In this document: piece by piece, positions 1-10,869 of the stretch | How the letters are laid out: the number at the start of each line of letters is the position of its first letter | Numbering within the stretch: position 1 is the first letter of the stretch | Origin: Candidatus Levybacteria bacterium CG2_30_37_29 | GTDB lineage: Bacteria; Patescibacteriota; Microgenomatia; Levybacterales; GWA1-39-11 | Direction: 5' to 3' | Assembly: GCA_001873215.1 (NCBI GenBank) | Contig: MNYS01000009.1 | Coordinates: 3,654-67,653, forward strand | Length of the DNA: 64,000 bases | Made by a program: the position numbers and the translations under genes | Notes under the pieces: model-generated | The model's database searches: none | What the model was told of the DNA's origin: nothing | The model's input: only the letters and a program-made list of their open reading frames with translations

Positions 1-243
1 TAGATCATATTCTTGACCCTCAAATGGATACTTCATGCGAACAGGCGCAAGTTTTATTGTAATTCCCCGCTCACGTTCAATCGGGTTGCTATCAAGATAT
101 TGACTCCTCATGTTTCGAGCTTCAATAGTATTGGTCACTTCAAGCAACCTATCGGCAAGAGTGGATTTCCCATGATCAACATGCGCAATAATTGCGAAAT
201 TTCTAATATTATTTTGATTCACCTGTAGTGAGTTTAAAACCAT
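1..243 (-). CDS. lepA: Elongation factor 4 (LepA), N-terminal part, runs off the window edge
   Basis: Manual translation of the minus strand: [35 protein letters not shown]...[16 protein letters not shown] (G1 and RGITI motifs of LepA). TGG-TATAAT lies 6 nt before ATG at 243. Confidence 0.93.
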   Translation of the reverse strand, partial: MVLNSLQVNQNNIRNFAIIAHVDHGKSTLADRLLEVTNTIEARNMRSQYLDSNPIERERGITIKLAPVRMKYPFEGQEYDL

Positions 244-277
244 GGGAAGATTATACCAAAGAAACCTTTAAAACCCT

Positions 278-1930
278 TTATGGGTTGAGGCGGGAACCGT
301 CTATCATTTCTCCCAATTGCTTTAAAATCTTCGTGCGATCCCCAAATTTCTTGATAACCGCAATCACATAGTATGCTTCATGAATATCCAAAAGCCAAGT
401 AAAGAAAACATACGAAGCAAGTCCTGCAGCAGAAGCAATACCTGTTAGAATCAAAAGGTTTATTGTTCTTGTAGTATCAAAAACCAATTGATCCAAAAGT
501 TTTATCGGAACATATAATGCGACCCCCATAATAACCGTTGCGATAAGAATTTTTGTAAGAGTTAAAAGAATATCAAGACGAGGAAGATTGACTTTTCTAT
601 CAAGAAGCAAAAGCATAACAACAATACTAACTAAATTAGCAATAGAAAATGAAAACGCTAGTGAATATATCGGAAAATGATAACAAAGAATAAAAAGGTA
701 TGATGTAAAAATATTTATACTAACTGAAATAGACGTCACAATAAAAGGAGTTTTTGCGTCTTTTAGCGCGTAGAAAGCCCGCGACACCAAATACATAATA
801 GCAATGGCAGAAATTGAAATTGAAAAGTAAGCAAGTGTTAAACCGGTATCAACAGTTGCAGACCAGTCAAATCGGCTTGCTCCAAAAAAAAGCCTAACAA
901 CAGGAACACGAAGAACAATAAGAAGTGCTGAAATTGGCAATGTTAAATAAAGTATTTGATTAAATGAATAGGTAAAAATTGAAACAAACTCTTTTTTATC
1001 CCCTACTTTAAAAGAAAGCGCCGGAAAGCTTGCTTGTGCAATTGATTGACCGAAAAGAAGAACTGGTGCCATAACAAGAGTTTGCGCAAGGTCAAAAATA
1101 ACAAGACCGCGGGCTGAAACAAATGAAGCAAAAAAAACGTTTGCTGTTATCGCGATTTGTGAAAGAATAAGTGTCGCCGAACGCGGAACCATAAGGTGCA
1201 AAATTTTTTCAACGCCGTTTTTCATATTAAATGATGGCTTAAAGCTAAATCCGCTTGAAGCAAGAAGAGGAAGTTGAATAAGAAAAAAAAGAACCGAGCC
1301 TATTAATACCCCGACTGTCGCACCATAAATTCCAAGTCCAAAAAAGGAGGTAAAAATAATAAGTCCCAAAATTATACCGGCGTTATAAAACGCACTTGCA
1401 ATACCTGGAATTAGAAAATGCTGAAATGACTGAAGAATCGCCGTTGCAACAGTCCCCAAAATAAAAAAGAGCTGAGATAGCTGGATTATTATCATAAGAC
1501 GCGACATTAAAACTAACTCGTCTTTTGAAAAACCAGGAGCTACTAAAGACACAAGTTGATAAGAAAAAATTATCATAACAATAGTAACCACAACAAAAGA
1601 CACAAGACCAATAGTTATAAGGGATGAAGTTAGAGAAAATGCCTCTTTTTTTTTGTCACGGCTTAAATAATCTGAAAAAATAGGAATAAAAGAAGAAGAA
1701 AGCGCTCCAGCTATCACTATTTGAAAAATAAAATCAGGTATCCTAAAAGCTGCAAAAAATACACCGAGCGCACTTGATGCTCCAAAAAGGGAAACCAACA
1801 GACGGTATTTTAAAAGCCCTAAAACCTGGGATAAAATTGTTGTTAAAATTATAAAAGATGCAGCTGAAAAAATATTTGTTTGCTTGGACGTAAAAGCGTT
1901 GATACTTTTTTTAAAAAGGTCAGTTACCAT
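278..1930 (-). CDS. murJ: Lipid II flippase MurJ (MviN)
   Basis: 550 aa polytopic protein with AAFRIPD, SFIPIF and RAFYALKDAKTP motifs typical of MurJ. Confidence 0.92.
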   Translation of the reverse strand: MVTDLFKKSINAFTSKQTNIFSAASFIILTTILSQVLGLLKYRLLVSLFGASSALGVFFAAFRIPDFIFQIVIAGALSSSFIPIFSDYLSRDKKKEAFSLTSSLITIGLVSFVVVTIVMIIFSYQLVSLVAPGFSKDELVLMSRLMIIIQLSQLFFILGTVATAILQSFQHFLIPGIASAFYNAGIILGLIIFTSFFGLGIYGATVGVLIGSVLFFLIQLPLLASSGFSFKPSFNMKNGVEKILHLMVPRSATLILSQIAITANVFFASFVSARGLVIFDLAQTLVMAPVLLFGQSIAQASFPALSFKVGDKKEFVSIFTYSFNQILYLTLPISALLIVLRVPVVRLFFGASRFDWSATVDTGLTLAYFSISISAIAIMYLVSRAFYALKDAKTPFIVTSISVSINIFTSYLFILCYHFPIYSLAFSFSIANLVSIVVMLLLLDRKVNLPRLDILLTLTKILIATVIMGVALYVPIKLLDQLVFDTTRTINLLILTGIASAAGLASYVFFTWLLDIHEAYYVIAVIKKFGDRTKILKQLGEMIDGSRLNP

Positions 1931-1984
1931 AAAGAAAATTTAAATCGAATTGTTTTTTTAAGTATAACATGATAAAATTCCTCT

Positions 1985-2293
1985 ATGCCAGTAATAAAAT
2001 CTGCAATAAAAAAACAAAGAAAAGACAAAAAAAGGACTGTACACAACAGCAAATTAAGAAAAACTCTTGAAGAGAAACTGAAAAAAGTAAAAAAAAGTTC
2101 AACTCCTACAAGTGTCGCGGCGACAATTTCGCTTATTGATAAAGCAGTAAAGAAAAATCTTATCCATAAGAATAAAGCTTCAAGGCTCAAAGCCAAACTT
2201 ACAAAAATGGCAAAACCTGTAAAAAAGCTTACTACAAAAAAGGCTGTAGCAGTCAAATCTTCAAAGTCCTCAACAAAAACAAAAAAAAAGTAA
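1985..2293 (+). CDS. rpsT: 30S ribosomal protein S20 with Lys-rich C-terminal extension
   Basis: MPVIKSAIKKQR...IDKAVKKNLIHKNKASRLKAKL. Confidence 0.95.
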   Translation: MPVIKSAIKKQRKDKKRTVHNSKLRKTLEEKLKKVKKSSTPTSVAATISLIDKAVKKNLIHKNKASRLKAKLTKMAKPVKKLTTKKAVAVKSSKSSTKTKKK

Positions 2294-2386
2294 CCTTCAT
2301 CGAATGAAATCCATTGTTTTAAGCAAGAAGAACAATAAACTTTTCTTTTGACAAAGAGAGTAAAACTATCTAAACTTAATAGTATT

Positions 2387-2950
2387 ATGTCAGATTCCAA
2401 TCAGAACATAACTATTAATTTATCAGGAAAGCCAAAACAGACAATATCAGATGTATTTTTGAAGTGGGTAGTTAATGGCGGAAGGATTATTATTGTAGTA
2501 ACGGAACTACTGGCACTAGGTGCGCTTTTTTATAGATTTACAATTGACGGAAAAATAATTGATCTTCATGACCACATAAAACAGGCAGAATTTGCTGTTA
2601 AAAACCGGGCTGAAGAAGAAAAAAAATACAGAAGTATCCAAGACAGGCTTTCCAACATAAAATCAACTCAAGATGAAACAAAAACAAAAGTAGATATTCT
2701 AAATGATATTTTAAAATCTATTTCCGAAGGAACATTCTCGGCGACAAATCTTATTGTTAATAAAAATATAATTACCATTAACGCTAGTGCGTACTCTGTT
2801 TTTCCTGTAAATAATTTTATTGAAAATCTCAAACAAAACCCTAATGTCACAGCAATTAGTATTGATGAGATTAGTAGCGGAGATAAAGGTGTTCAGTTCA
2901 AAATAAATATTGAACTTAAAAAAACCGTAACTAAAACAACTAAAACATGA
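2387..2950 (+). CDS. PilN-like type IV pilus assembly protein
   Basis: N-terminal INL motif, single TM, coiled coil and ferredoxin-like C-terminus (FIENLKQNP...FKINIEL). Start moved to ATG 2387, downstream of TTGACA-17-TAAACT. Confidence 0.65.
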   Translation: MSDSNQNITINLSGKPKQTISDVFLKWVVNGGRIIIVVTELLALGALFYRFTIDGKIIDLHDHIKQAEFAVKNRAEEEKKYRSIQDRLSNIKSTQDETKTKVDILNDILKSISEGTFSATNLIVNKNIITINASAYSVFPVNNFIENLKQNPNVTAISIDEISSGDKGVQFKINIELKKTVTKTTKT

Positions 2951-3573
2951 AAGCTCTATTTACAAAACTTTTTTTATTAACCAATCATTACAAAGAGTAT
3001 TTTAAAAAAAATACACCTTTTATTAAAAGTGATTCAAAAAAATTCACTGCTTATTTATATATCACACTAACTTTATTTTCTGTTTCATTTTTTGGGTTTT
3101 TTGCAATAAAGCCAACTTTGGATACAATTTCAAATCTTAATAAGCAATACGAAGATAATACATTTGTTTATAATGCGCTCAAAAAAAAACTTGTTGCATT
3201 AGACGCTCTTAACGTTCAGTATCAAACTTTGCAGCCTGATTTAAATTTGGTTTTTGACGCAATTCCTAAAACAAATAAGATTCCTTATCTTACACGACAA
3301 CTTGAAAAGTTGACGAGTGCACAAAATCTTAATCTTTCAAAGCTTGATTTTGGTGTAATAGAAATATATCCTGCCTTAAAACCTACACCGGGAATGTTCT
3401 CATATACCTTTAATATTACAGTTGAGGGCAGTGAAGATAAAGTAAATCGTTTTATTTCCGACATTATAAGCTTTGACAGAATTATAGGAATTGAGAGAAT
3501 AACAACCGGAAAAACAGATAACAATGTTTTTGGAACAACAATAACAGGACGCGCTTATTTTTTAAATCAATAA
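2947..3573 (+). CDS. PilO-like type IV pilus assembly protein
   Basis: TM, coiled coil, then FNITVEGSEDKVNRFISDIISFDRIIGI (PilO-like). Overlaps the PilN-like gene by 4 nt. Confidence 0.7.
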   Translation: MKALFTKLFLLTNHYKEYFKKNTPFIKSDSKKFTAYLYITLTLFSVSFFGFFAIKPTLDTISNLNKQYEDNTFVYNALKKKLVALDALNVQYQTLQPDLNLVFDAIPKTNKIPYLTRQLEKLTSAQNLNLSKLDFGVIEIYPALKPTPGMFSYTFNITVEGSEDKVNRFISDIISFDRIIGIERITTGKTDNNVFGTTITGRAYFLNQ

Positions 3574-3577
3574 AAAA

Positions 3578-3898
3578 ATGTTAAAAAACTTGTTTTATTT
3601 TGCGCTTCTTACAACCGTTTTTGTATTGTCTTGGATTGGCTTTGGAATTTACGATAATTTTACAAAATCTACTATTTCAAGCGATACTCAAATTAGAATA
3701 ATACCAATTTCTTCAACTTTTGATACTAAAACAATAGATTCTCTAAAAACAAAAAAAGTTATTACTGTCGACTTACAAGAAAAAATTGCTTTTCCTACAA
3801 GCTCTACCGCTGATAAAAACGCTTCTTCAAGCTCTGTACCCCAAAATACTTTTCAAGGCACGCAATCGGCTCAAACAACAAGTGGTTTTGGACTTTAA
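3578..3898 (+). CDS. Small single-TM hypothetical protein in the pil operon
   Basis: N-terminal hydrophobic segment and Ser/Thr-rich tail; operonic position after pilO-like gene. Confidence 0.65.
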   Translation: MLKNLFYFALLTTVFVLSWIGFGIYDNFTKSTISSDTQIRIIPISSTFDTKTIDSLKTKKVITVDLQEKIAFPTSSTADKNASSSSVPQNTFQGTQSAQTTSGFGL

Positions 3899-3902
3899 AA
3901 GT

Positions 3903-5312
3903 ATGAAGAAGAAAAAGGTATGGGAGAAACGAATCCCCACAATTTTAGCTTTTGTTATTTTACTTGGAAGTATTATTTTAACGCTTCAAATTATAAAAAA
4001 CCAGATACTTTTTATTGGAAGAGCAACTCCTGATACAACACCTCAAAATATAAAAATTACAAATATTACAGACACGTCTTTTACAGTAACTTTTACGACT
4101 TCGGCAAAAGCTATTGGCGGGGTAAGTATTGACGGAGGAGAAGGCGGAGCAATTCTTGCGCTGGATGACACAAATAAATCAGGAGGAGAACAAAAACAAC
4201 TTTTCTCCCACCACATAACGGTTGGCGATTTAAAACAAAAGACTCAACACAACTTTCAGATAATTTCCGATTCGGAAAGTTACAGCGATAGCGGTAAAAA
4301 ATATACTGTCACAACTGGTCCTGTAATTAATACGCCGCCTACAACTCAAAAACCTATTTTTGGTAAGGTTTTACTACCTAGCGGGGAAGTGGCATCCGAC
4401 ACATTAATTATTGCAACTGCTGATGATGTGCAAACTCTTTCCACTGTAACAAAAGACTCGGGTGAATTTACTATACCTGTTAATTCCGCAAGAAATTTGA
4501 CGCTTGAATCATACAAAAATTTTTCTGACCAAACACTAATTACTATTACGGCAAGGCGCGAAAACATGAAATCTATAGTAACTTTACTTTACAAAGACGC
4601 TCAAAATATTCCATCAATAACTTTATCGTCTGATTATGACTTTAAGACTCCCAACATTGAATCGGAAGAAGCCACTCCTACTTCTTCTTTAAAAATTCCA
4701 ACTTTGGCAGTAAAACAAGGAGAAGTAAGAATTATAACTCCTAAAAAAGATGAACGTTTTACCGATCAACAACCGCGCTTTCAAGGAGTTGCTTTACCAA
4801 GTCAGAAAGTAAAAATAACCATACACTCGGATGAAAATATAGTAACGGAAGTAAAAAGCGACAATAACGGAATTTGGACTTATAGACCTCCAAAAGATTT
4901 AAGCCCCGGGGAACACACCATAACAATTGAAACCGTTGACGGATTTGGAGTTATTAGGCGCATTACTCAAACTTTTACAGTATTTGCTTCAGGCTCCCAG
5001 CTTTCACTTGATGCAACCGGCACCCCAACTCAAACACCAACAAACACTCCTATACCCTCTCCAACACTAACAGGAACTCCAACTATTTCTCCGGCGGGCT
5101 CTCCGACACCAACCACTGCTTCTGTCTCCCCTTCTCCTACTAATATTGTTCCGTCACCAACAACTGTCACATCTACTGTTGCACCAACACAAACACCTCC
5201 AACTCCAAAACCAACCATTACATCTCCTGGAGGAACAAACCAAACAATAATATTATCGGTTATATCAGCATTATTTATTGTGACAGGAACAACTCTTTTA
5301 TTCCTGCTTTAA
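3903..5312 (+). CDS. Membrane-anchored surface protein with FN3/Ig-like domains and Pro/Thr-rich stalk
   Basis: ITNITDTSFTVTF (FN3-like), PRFQGVA...GIWTY...LSPGEHTITI (bacterial Ig-like), PT-rich linker, N- and C-terminal TMs. ATG 3903 is preferred over the overlapping 3786 start. Confidence 0.8.
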   Translation: MKKKKVWEKRIPTILAFVILLGSIILTLQIIKNQILFIGRATPDTTPQNIKITNITDTSFTVTFTTSAKAIGGVSIDGGEGGAILALDDTNKSGGEQKQLFSHHITVGDLKQKTQHNFQIISDSESYSDSGKKYTVTTGPVINTPPTTQKPIFGKVLLPSGEVASDTLIIATADDVQTLSTVTKDSGEFTIPVNSARNLTLESYKNFSDQTLITITARRENMKSIVTLLYKDAQNIPSITLSSDYDFKTPNIESEEATPTSSLKIPTLAVKQGEVRIITPKKDERFTDQQPRFQGVALPSQKVKITIHSDENIVTEVKSDNNGIWTYRPPKDLSPGEHTITIETVDGFGVIRRITQTFTVFASGSQLSLDATGTPTQTPTNTPIPSPTLTGTPTISPAGSPTPTTASVSPSPTNIVPSPTTVTSTVAPTQTPPTPKPTITSPGGTNQTIILSVISALFIVTGTTLLFLL

Positions 5313-5394
5313 AAAATATTTCAAATACACAACGCGTTGTTTGTGAAACTTCCGGTATCTTGCGAATAACTATTTGTACGCATACAATAGTAAA

Positions 5395-6681
5395 ATGAAA
5401 ATTGGGATAATTGGTGCCGGCTTTACCGGTCTATCTAGTGCTTATTATCTTTCAAAGAAAGGGCATACTGTTATTGTTTTTGAAAAAGACGACAAACCCG
5501 GAGGGCTGGCTGTCGGATACAAGGAAGAAAAGTGGGATTGGACGCTTGAGCCACACTACCACCATTGGTTTACAAACGATAAAAGCGTACTTTCATTAGC
5601 AAAAGAAATCAATCATAAAGTTATTATTAAAAGACCAAAAACATCATCTTTTGTAAACAATAAAATATACCAGCTGGACTCCCCCATTTCACTTTTAAGA
5701 TTTACCAAACTTTCACTTTTTAACCGAATCCGAATGGGCATTTCGCTTGCTGTTCTTAGATATAATCCAATTTGGAAACCTCTTGAAAAATTTCATGCCG
5801 AACCTTATCTTAAAAAAATGATGGGAAGGATAACCTATGAAAAATTGTGGAAACCTCTTATGGTAAATAAGCTGGGAAAATATGCCAAAAATGTATCCCT
5901 CTCATGGTTTTGGGCAAGAGTTTATAAGCGGACTTCAAGCCTTGCATATCCCCAAGGAGGATTTTTGGAGTTTTCAAAACATTTAGAAAAAGAGGTAAAA
6001 AAACGGGGAGGAAAATTTTATTACAATACCGAAGTAACCAAATTTTCATCAAACAACAAACCTCAAATTTCTTACAAAATACAAAATACCAAATACCAAA
6101 TACAACAATTTGATAGGGTCATCGTTACTGTCCCATCGCCTTTGTTTATAAAAATTGCCAAAGAATTACCTGCTTCTTATATAACTAGACTAAACAGACT
6201 CAAGGTTATAGGCGCAGTGAATCTTGTTCTTCGCCTATCAAAACCATTTTTTACCGACGGAACTTATTGGCTTAGTATGTGTGATCTAAAATCACCTATT
6301 CTTGCAATTGTTGAACACACAAACTTTATGGACAAAAAAAATTATAATAATGAATACCTCATCTATGTCGGAAATTATATGGAAGCTTCTGATCCGCGGT
6401 TTAAGATGTCAAAAGAAGAACTATTAAAACTCTATGACCCCTGGCTTAAAAAAATAAACCCTAATTATCAATTCTCAATTATTAACTCTCAACTTTTTCA
6501 TGCTCCTTTTGCCCAACCAATTATTCCTGTAAACTATTCTAAAATAATGCCGGGGTTTAACACTCCGCTTAAAAACGTATACCTTGCAAACATCCAGCAA
6601 GTGTATCCTTGGGACAGAGGCACTAACTATGCGGTCGAGCTTGGGAAAAATATTGCAAAATTAATTGATGAAAGTAATTAA
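5395..6681 (+). CDS. FAD-dependent oxidoreductase (amine oxidase/protoporphyrinogen-oxidase-like fold)
   Basis: IGIIGAGFTGLSSAYYLSKKGHTVIVFEK..PGGLA dinucleotide-binding motif. TACAAT lies 6 nt before ATG 5395. Confidence 0.85.
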   Translation: MKIGIIGAGFTGLSSAYYLSKKGHTVIVFEKDDKPGGLAVGYKEEKWDWTLEPHYHHWFTNDKSVLSLAKEINHKVIIKRPKTSSFVNNKIYQLDSPISLLRFTKLSLFNRIRMGISLAVLRYNPIWKPLEKFHAEPYLKKMMGRITYEKLWKPLMVNKLGKYAKNVSLSWFWARVYKRTSSLAYPQGGFLEFSKHLEKEVKKRGGKFYYNTEVTKFSSNNKPQISYKIQNTKYQIQQFDRVIVTVPSPLFIKIAKELPASYITRLNRLKVIGAVNLVLRLSKPFFTDGTYWLSMCDLKSPILAIVEHTNFMDKKNYNNEYLIYVGNYMEASDPRFKMSKEELLKLYDPWLKKINPNYQFSIINSQLFHAPFAQPIIPVNYSKIMPGFNTPLKNVYLANIQQVYPWDRGTNYAVELGKNIAKLIDESN

Positions 6682-8350
6682 ATTTTTTCATAAAAATGTT
6701 TTTTTGTCTATTTGTTTATTATTAATTGTTTTTGGGGTTTTTGTTCGTTTTTACAATCTTTCTTGGGGATCTCCATATTTTTTCCACCCGGATGAAAGAA
6801 ATATTGCTTCATCAGTCTCTCAAATTAGTTTTCCAAACAACATGAATCCACATTTTTTTGCATATGGCTCTTTTCCAATTTATACAATCTACTTCCTTGG
6901 GGTTTTGCAAAACCTAACAACTATTAATCTTTTTCATCTAAATATTCCTTTTTTAAGAGTTTCATTTGAGAATGCAATTATTATCGGCAGAGTTATTTCA
7001 TCCTTATTTTCAATTATTTTATTATTCCTCCTTTTTAAAACCGGCAAAATTGTAGGAAATACAAAAAGCGCACTTATTGGAACAGTTTTTGCCTCTCTAA
7101 GTGTTGGATTTATTCAATACGCTCATTTTGCAACATTTGAAATATGGCTTTCATTATTTACACTTTTACTTTTAAATCTACTTTTAAAATACGGAAAAAC
7201 GCCAACTCTTAAAATTCTTATTTATATAAGCGCGGTTACAGGTATTTTAGTATCTATAAAAATTTCTTCACTTATTCTTCTCCCTATATCTATATTCGTA
7301 ATTTGTGCCTCTGAAATTTTCAAATTAAAAGTAAAAAGAAAATATTCATTTCTGGCTTTTGAAAAAATAGTTTTAAGAGCGGTTGTGACAATTACAATTG
7401 CGCTAATTATTGTTTTTATAACTTCTCCGTATTTTTGGTTTGACACTAAAGAGTTTTTGGGAAGCATTAGATATGAAACGAACGTAGCCCTTGGAACACT
7501 TCCGGTTTTTTATACTCAGGGATTTATTGATTCAATGCCGGTTGTTTATCAACTTTTAAAAGTTTATCCTTTCATTCTAAATCCTTTTATACTTGTATTT
7601 TTTATAGCGATCCTTCCTTTTATTATTCTAAAAGCAATTAAAAATCGGAATTGGCAAATTCTTATTGTAGTATTGTTTTTCTTAACAACATTTTTTTCAC
7701 AAGCTTTTTTGTACGTTAAGTGGATTCGTTATTATATTCCTTCCCTAGCATTTGTATATATTATTATTGGATTTTATCTGGCAAATCCCCATTATTATTT
7801 TCGTAAAAATAAAAATATTCAAAACTATTTAATTTATTTACTTTTCGTAATATGTTTTGTTTTTGCTTTTTCATTTTATAAAACGGTTCTGTTACAAAAC
7901 TTTACTACGGTTGATGCAGCTATTTGGGCGCGGAAAAATATTTCCGGAAGCTCAAAAATACTGTCGGAAGTTTATGATATGGGAATTGTTCCCTTTAATT
8001 CAAACTTTTCCTCTATTACTCTTTTTAACTTTTATGATTTGGATGTTAACGACATAAAATCAACGGAGCTTAAAATTCTTACTGAAAATTCTAAATACAT
8101 TATTATTCCAAGCCAAAGAATTCTAAAAGACAGAATTGAAAAGCCCAAAATATTCCCTAAAGGCTATATATTTTATAGTAAACTGTTAAACGGAACGCTT
8201 GGATTTAAAAAAATATATGAAACCCCTTGCGACGTATTTTGCAAGATTTTATATTTAAACAGTCCGACATATTCATTTGAACAGACTGCTAATGTTTTTG
8301 ACAGACCGACTGTTCTAATTTTCGAACGAAGTGAGAAAAGAGCGGAGTGA
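6668..8350 (+). CDS. GT-C fold membrane glycosyltransferase (PMT/ArnT-like)
   Basis: Polytopic; first loop FHPDER and NPHFFAYGSFP; K and RY motifs typical of GT39/GT83. Confidence 0.8.
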   Translation: MKVIKFFHKNVFLSICLLLIVFGVFVRFYNLSWGSPYFFHPDERNIASSVSQISFPNNMNPHFFAYGSFPIYTIYFLGVLQNLTTINLFHLNIPFLRVSFENAIIIGRVISSLFSIILLFLLFKTGKIVGNTKSALIGTVFASLSVGFIQYAHFATFEIWLSLFTLLLLNLLLKYGKTPTLKILIYISAVTGILVSIKISSLILLPISIFVICASEIFKLKVKRKYSFLAFEKIVLRAVVTITIALIIVFITSPYFWFDTKEFLGSIRYETNVALGTLPVFYTQGFIDSMPVVYQLLKVYPFILNPFILVFFIAILPFIILKAIKNRNWQILIVVLFFLTTFFSQAFLYVKWIRYYIPSLAFVYIIIGFYLANPHYYFRKNKNIQNYLIYLLFVICFVFAFSFYKTVLLQNFTTVDAAIWARKNISGSSKILSEVYDMGIVPFNSNFSSITLFNFYDLDVNDIKSTELKILTENSKYIIIPSQRILKDRIEKPKIFPKGYIFYSKLLNGTLGFKKIYETPCDVFCKILYLNSPTYSFEQTANVFDRPTVLIFERSEKRAE

Positions 8351-8403
8351 CCTTTTTAAGAAAATTAGGAATTGATCCCGATTGAATCGGGATTGAAAAT
8401 TAA

Positions 8404-10128
8404 ATGAAACAGGTAAAATTAAAAATTATTCTGCTTACAATTATATTGTTAGGATTTTTTCTGCGTTTTTATGGAATCAACTGGGACAAAAGCTGCTGTC
8501 TTCATCCGGACGAACGGGCGATTGTAATGTTTACAACTCCATTAAAGCTACCGGTAAATATTTCAGAATTTTTAAGCATCACAAGCCCGCTTAATCCGCA
8601 TTTTTTTGCATATGGTAGCTTTCCTCTTTACCTTTTAAAAAGTGTTATGACATTTACCGGATTTATAAATCCAGTATATGCTTCTTATCAAATAGGTGGG
8701 GTTGTTGGGAGAAACATTTCAATTGCTGCAGATCTTGCCACTTTATTTTTAGTTTTTCTTATTGGAAAAAAGTTATTCGATAAAAAGATAGGTTTATTTG
8801 CGGCTTTTTTCTATTCGCTTTCTGTTTTTCCAATTCAAGCATCACATTTTTATGCCGTTGATATTCTCCTCACGTTTTTTATTATTTTGACTCTTTATCA
8901 ACTTATAAGATTCTATGAAAATCCTTCAATTAAAAATTCTTTATTTGTTGGAATATTTTTTGGTTTCGCTCTTGCAACAAAAATCAGCGCAATACCTTTA
9001 ATCGCAGCAATCTCCTTCACGATTACAGCAGATTTTATTTTAGTATTTATAAAACAACCTCATAAAATAAAATCTTGGTTGCCTCACCTACCTAGAACAG
9101 TTATAAAACTTATTAAAGATGGGTTTGTAATTTCTTCCGCGACTTTTCTGACTTTTATAGTCCTTGAACCTTATGCGCTTATTGATTTTCAGGAATTTTT
9201 AAAACAAAGCCTTTTGCAGTCACAGATGACAAAAAATGCATTCATCTTTCCTTATACTCTCCAGTACGTAGGGAAGATTCCATATCTATATGAATTAAAA
9301 AATGTATTTTTATGGGGAATGGGACCAGTAATTGCAACTTTTGCTTTTTTAGGTTTTCTTAATTTTTTCTATTTGGTTTTTAAAAAAGAAACAAAAGCAA
9401 AAGACGCAAAGCAAATTATTATTTTCATATTCTTTATTGTGTATTTTTTAATAGTCGGAAAATTTGCCGTCGGATGGATGCGCTATATGCTTCCCCTTTA
9501 TCCATTATTGTCAATTTTCGCCGGCATGTTTATCGTTACTTTTCTTAAACCAAAGCTTGAAACAATAAAAAACAAAATCATACTTAATACCTTATACCTA
9601 ATACTTTATACATTAACCATTGTTTGGACGCTTTCTTTTATCCAAATTTATACCAAACCTAATACAAGAATTACAGCCTCTGAATGGATTTATAAAAATA
9701 TACCCCCCAATTCAATAATTGCCAAGGAACATTGGGACGATGGTCTGCCTATTGGCGGAACCGTACCCTATCAAATTTTAGAACTTCCAATTTATGAAAT
9801 AGAAAATCCTCTTCGTGAAGAACAGATTTACCAAACAATCCAAAAAACAAATTATATAATAATTGCAAGTAATCGCTTGTACGTTCCCCTTCAACGCCTT
9901 TCTAAAAATTGCCGAAAATGGAATCTCCCCCAAGAAAGATGTGCTAATAATGCCAACAAATACTATGAAAAACTTTTTAGTGGAGAACTGGGATATAAAA
10001 AAGTTGCCGAATTTACAAACTATCCAAAAGTACCCTTTACTAACATCGAGATAAATGACGAGTCAGCCGACGAATCATTTACGGTCTACGACCACCCAAA
10101 GGTTATGATATTTAAAAATTATAAGTGA
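8404..10128 (+). CDS. GT-C fold membrane glycosyltransferase (paralog of the previous gene)
   Basis: LHPDER, NPHFFAYGSFP, ATKISA, MRYMLP, DESFTVYDHP. Confidence 0.85.
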   Translation: MKQVKLKIILLTIILLGFFLRFYGINWDKSCCLHPDERAIVMFTTPLKLPVNISEFLSITSPLNPHFFAYGSFPLYLLKSVMTFTGFINPVYASYQIGGVVGRNISIAADLATLFLVFLIGKKLFDKKIGLFAAFFYSLSVFPIQASHFYAVDILLTFFIILTLYQLIRFYENPSIKNSLFVGIFFGFALATKISAIPLIAAISFTITADFILVFIKQPHKIKSWLPHLPRTVIKLIKDGFVISSATFLTFIVLEPYALIDFQEFLKQSLLQSQMTKNAFIFPYTLQYVGKIPYLYELKNVFLWGMGPVIATFAFLGFLNFFYLVFKKETKAKDAKQIIIFIFFIVYFLIVGKFAVGWMRYMLPLYPLLSIFAGMFIVTFLKPKLETIKNKIILNTLYLILYTLTIVWTLSFIQIYTKPNTRITASEWIYKNIPPNSIIAKEHWDDGLPIGGTVPYQILELPIYEIENPLREEQIYQTIQKTNYIIIASNRLYVPLQRLSKNCRKWNLPQERCANNANKYYEKLFSGELGYKKVAEFTNYPKVPFTNIEINDESADESFTVYDHPKVMIFKNYK

Positions 10129-10157
10129 TAAGCTTGATATATTAATGCTACACAATT

Positions 10158-10745
10158 ATGAAAATGGAAAAATCTAAATTAATAAACTCAGCAAAAACCC
10201 TCTTTCTGCTAATAGCTATTCATGTATTTTTTTTAATAATAGGTAGCATTTTATTCATTCTTTTATTTCATACAAGACTTTTTATAAATATCGATGTTCT
10301 TTTTTATCGAGGCATTGCTCTTCTTTTTACCTCTTGCCTGGTACTGACAGCGATACTATTACTATTAAGACATAGAAAATATATTCGTATCTTTACATAT
10401 AAAGATATCGTGCTTACTATAATAATATTTTTTTCCCTAAATATAGTTTTTTTTACCCTCCTTCCGGTAACAGCAGACCGTTCAATTTCTGTTTTTATTC
10501 TAGGATACATGAACAAGAATTCAAACGAATCATTTACTGATGAAAAAATGACGCAGGTGTTTATTAAAAAGTACCTCAATGGATCTGAAGGAATTGACAA
10601 ACGATTTCATGAACAGATTGTATCTGGAAATATTATGAAAACGGGAAAAAATTACAAAATTACAAAACAGGGACAATTTATAATAAAACTCTATTTAATA
10701 ATTGGAGAAATGTTTGCAGTAACAAAAAAAAACCTATCTCCATAA
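10158..10745 (+). CDS. Hypothetical membrane protein (3 TMs plus short soluble C-terminus)
   Basis: Hydrophobic N-terminal half; C-terminal YKITKQG wing-like segment. Confidence 0.7.
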   Translation: MKMEKSKLINSAKTLFLLIAIHVFFLIIGSILFILLFHTRLFINIDVLFYRGIALLFTSCLVLTAILLLLRHRKYIRIFTYKDIVLTIIIFFSLNIVFFTLLPVTADRSISVFILGYMNKNSNESFTDEKMTQVFIKKYLNGSEGIDKRFHEQIVSGNIMKTGKNYKITKQGQFIIKLYLIIGEMFAVTKKNLSP

Positions 10746-10869
10746 AAATACTCAAAAAAATAGTGGTTTGGAAAAACATCATTTAGCTTCTTATAGATAC
10801 TTCGCTACCAAGAGACAGGAGAATCATATCCTGCATATAATCATTAAAATATGCTACTATTTTTAAATA

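Noticed and set aside
13-228. 71-aa plus-strand ORF in the ORF track
   Set aside because: It is the antisense shadow of lepA, which is clearly encoded on the minus strand.
3786-3902. Extended N-terminus of the FN3/Ig protein
   Set aside because: It overlaps the upstream gene by over 100 nt; ATG 3903 gives a normal signal-anchor start.
5015-5230. Apparent tandem repeats in the surface protein (also the VirB4 tail at 61740-61940)
   Set aside because: These are protein-level Pro/Thr/Gln low complexity with codon-period degeneracy, not DNA elements.
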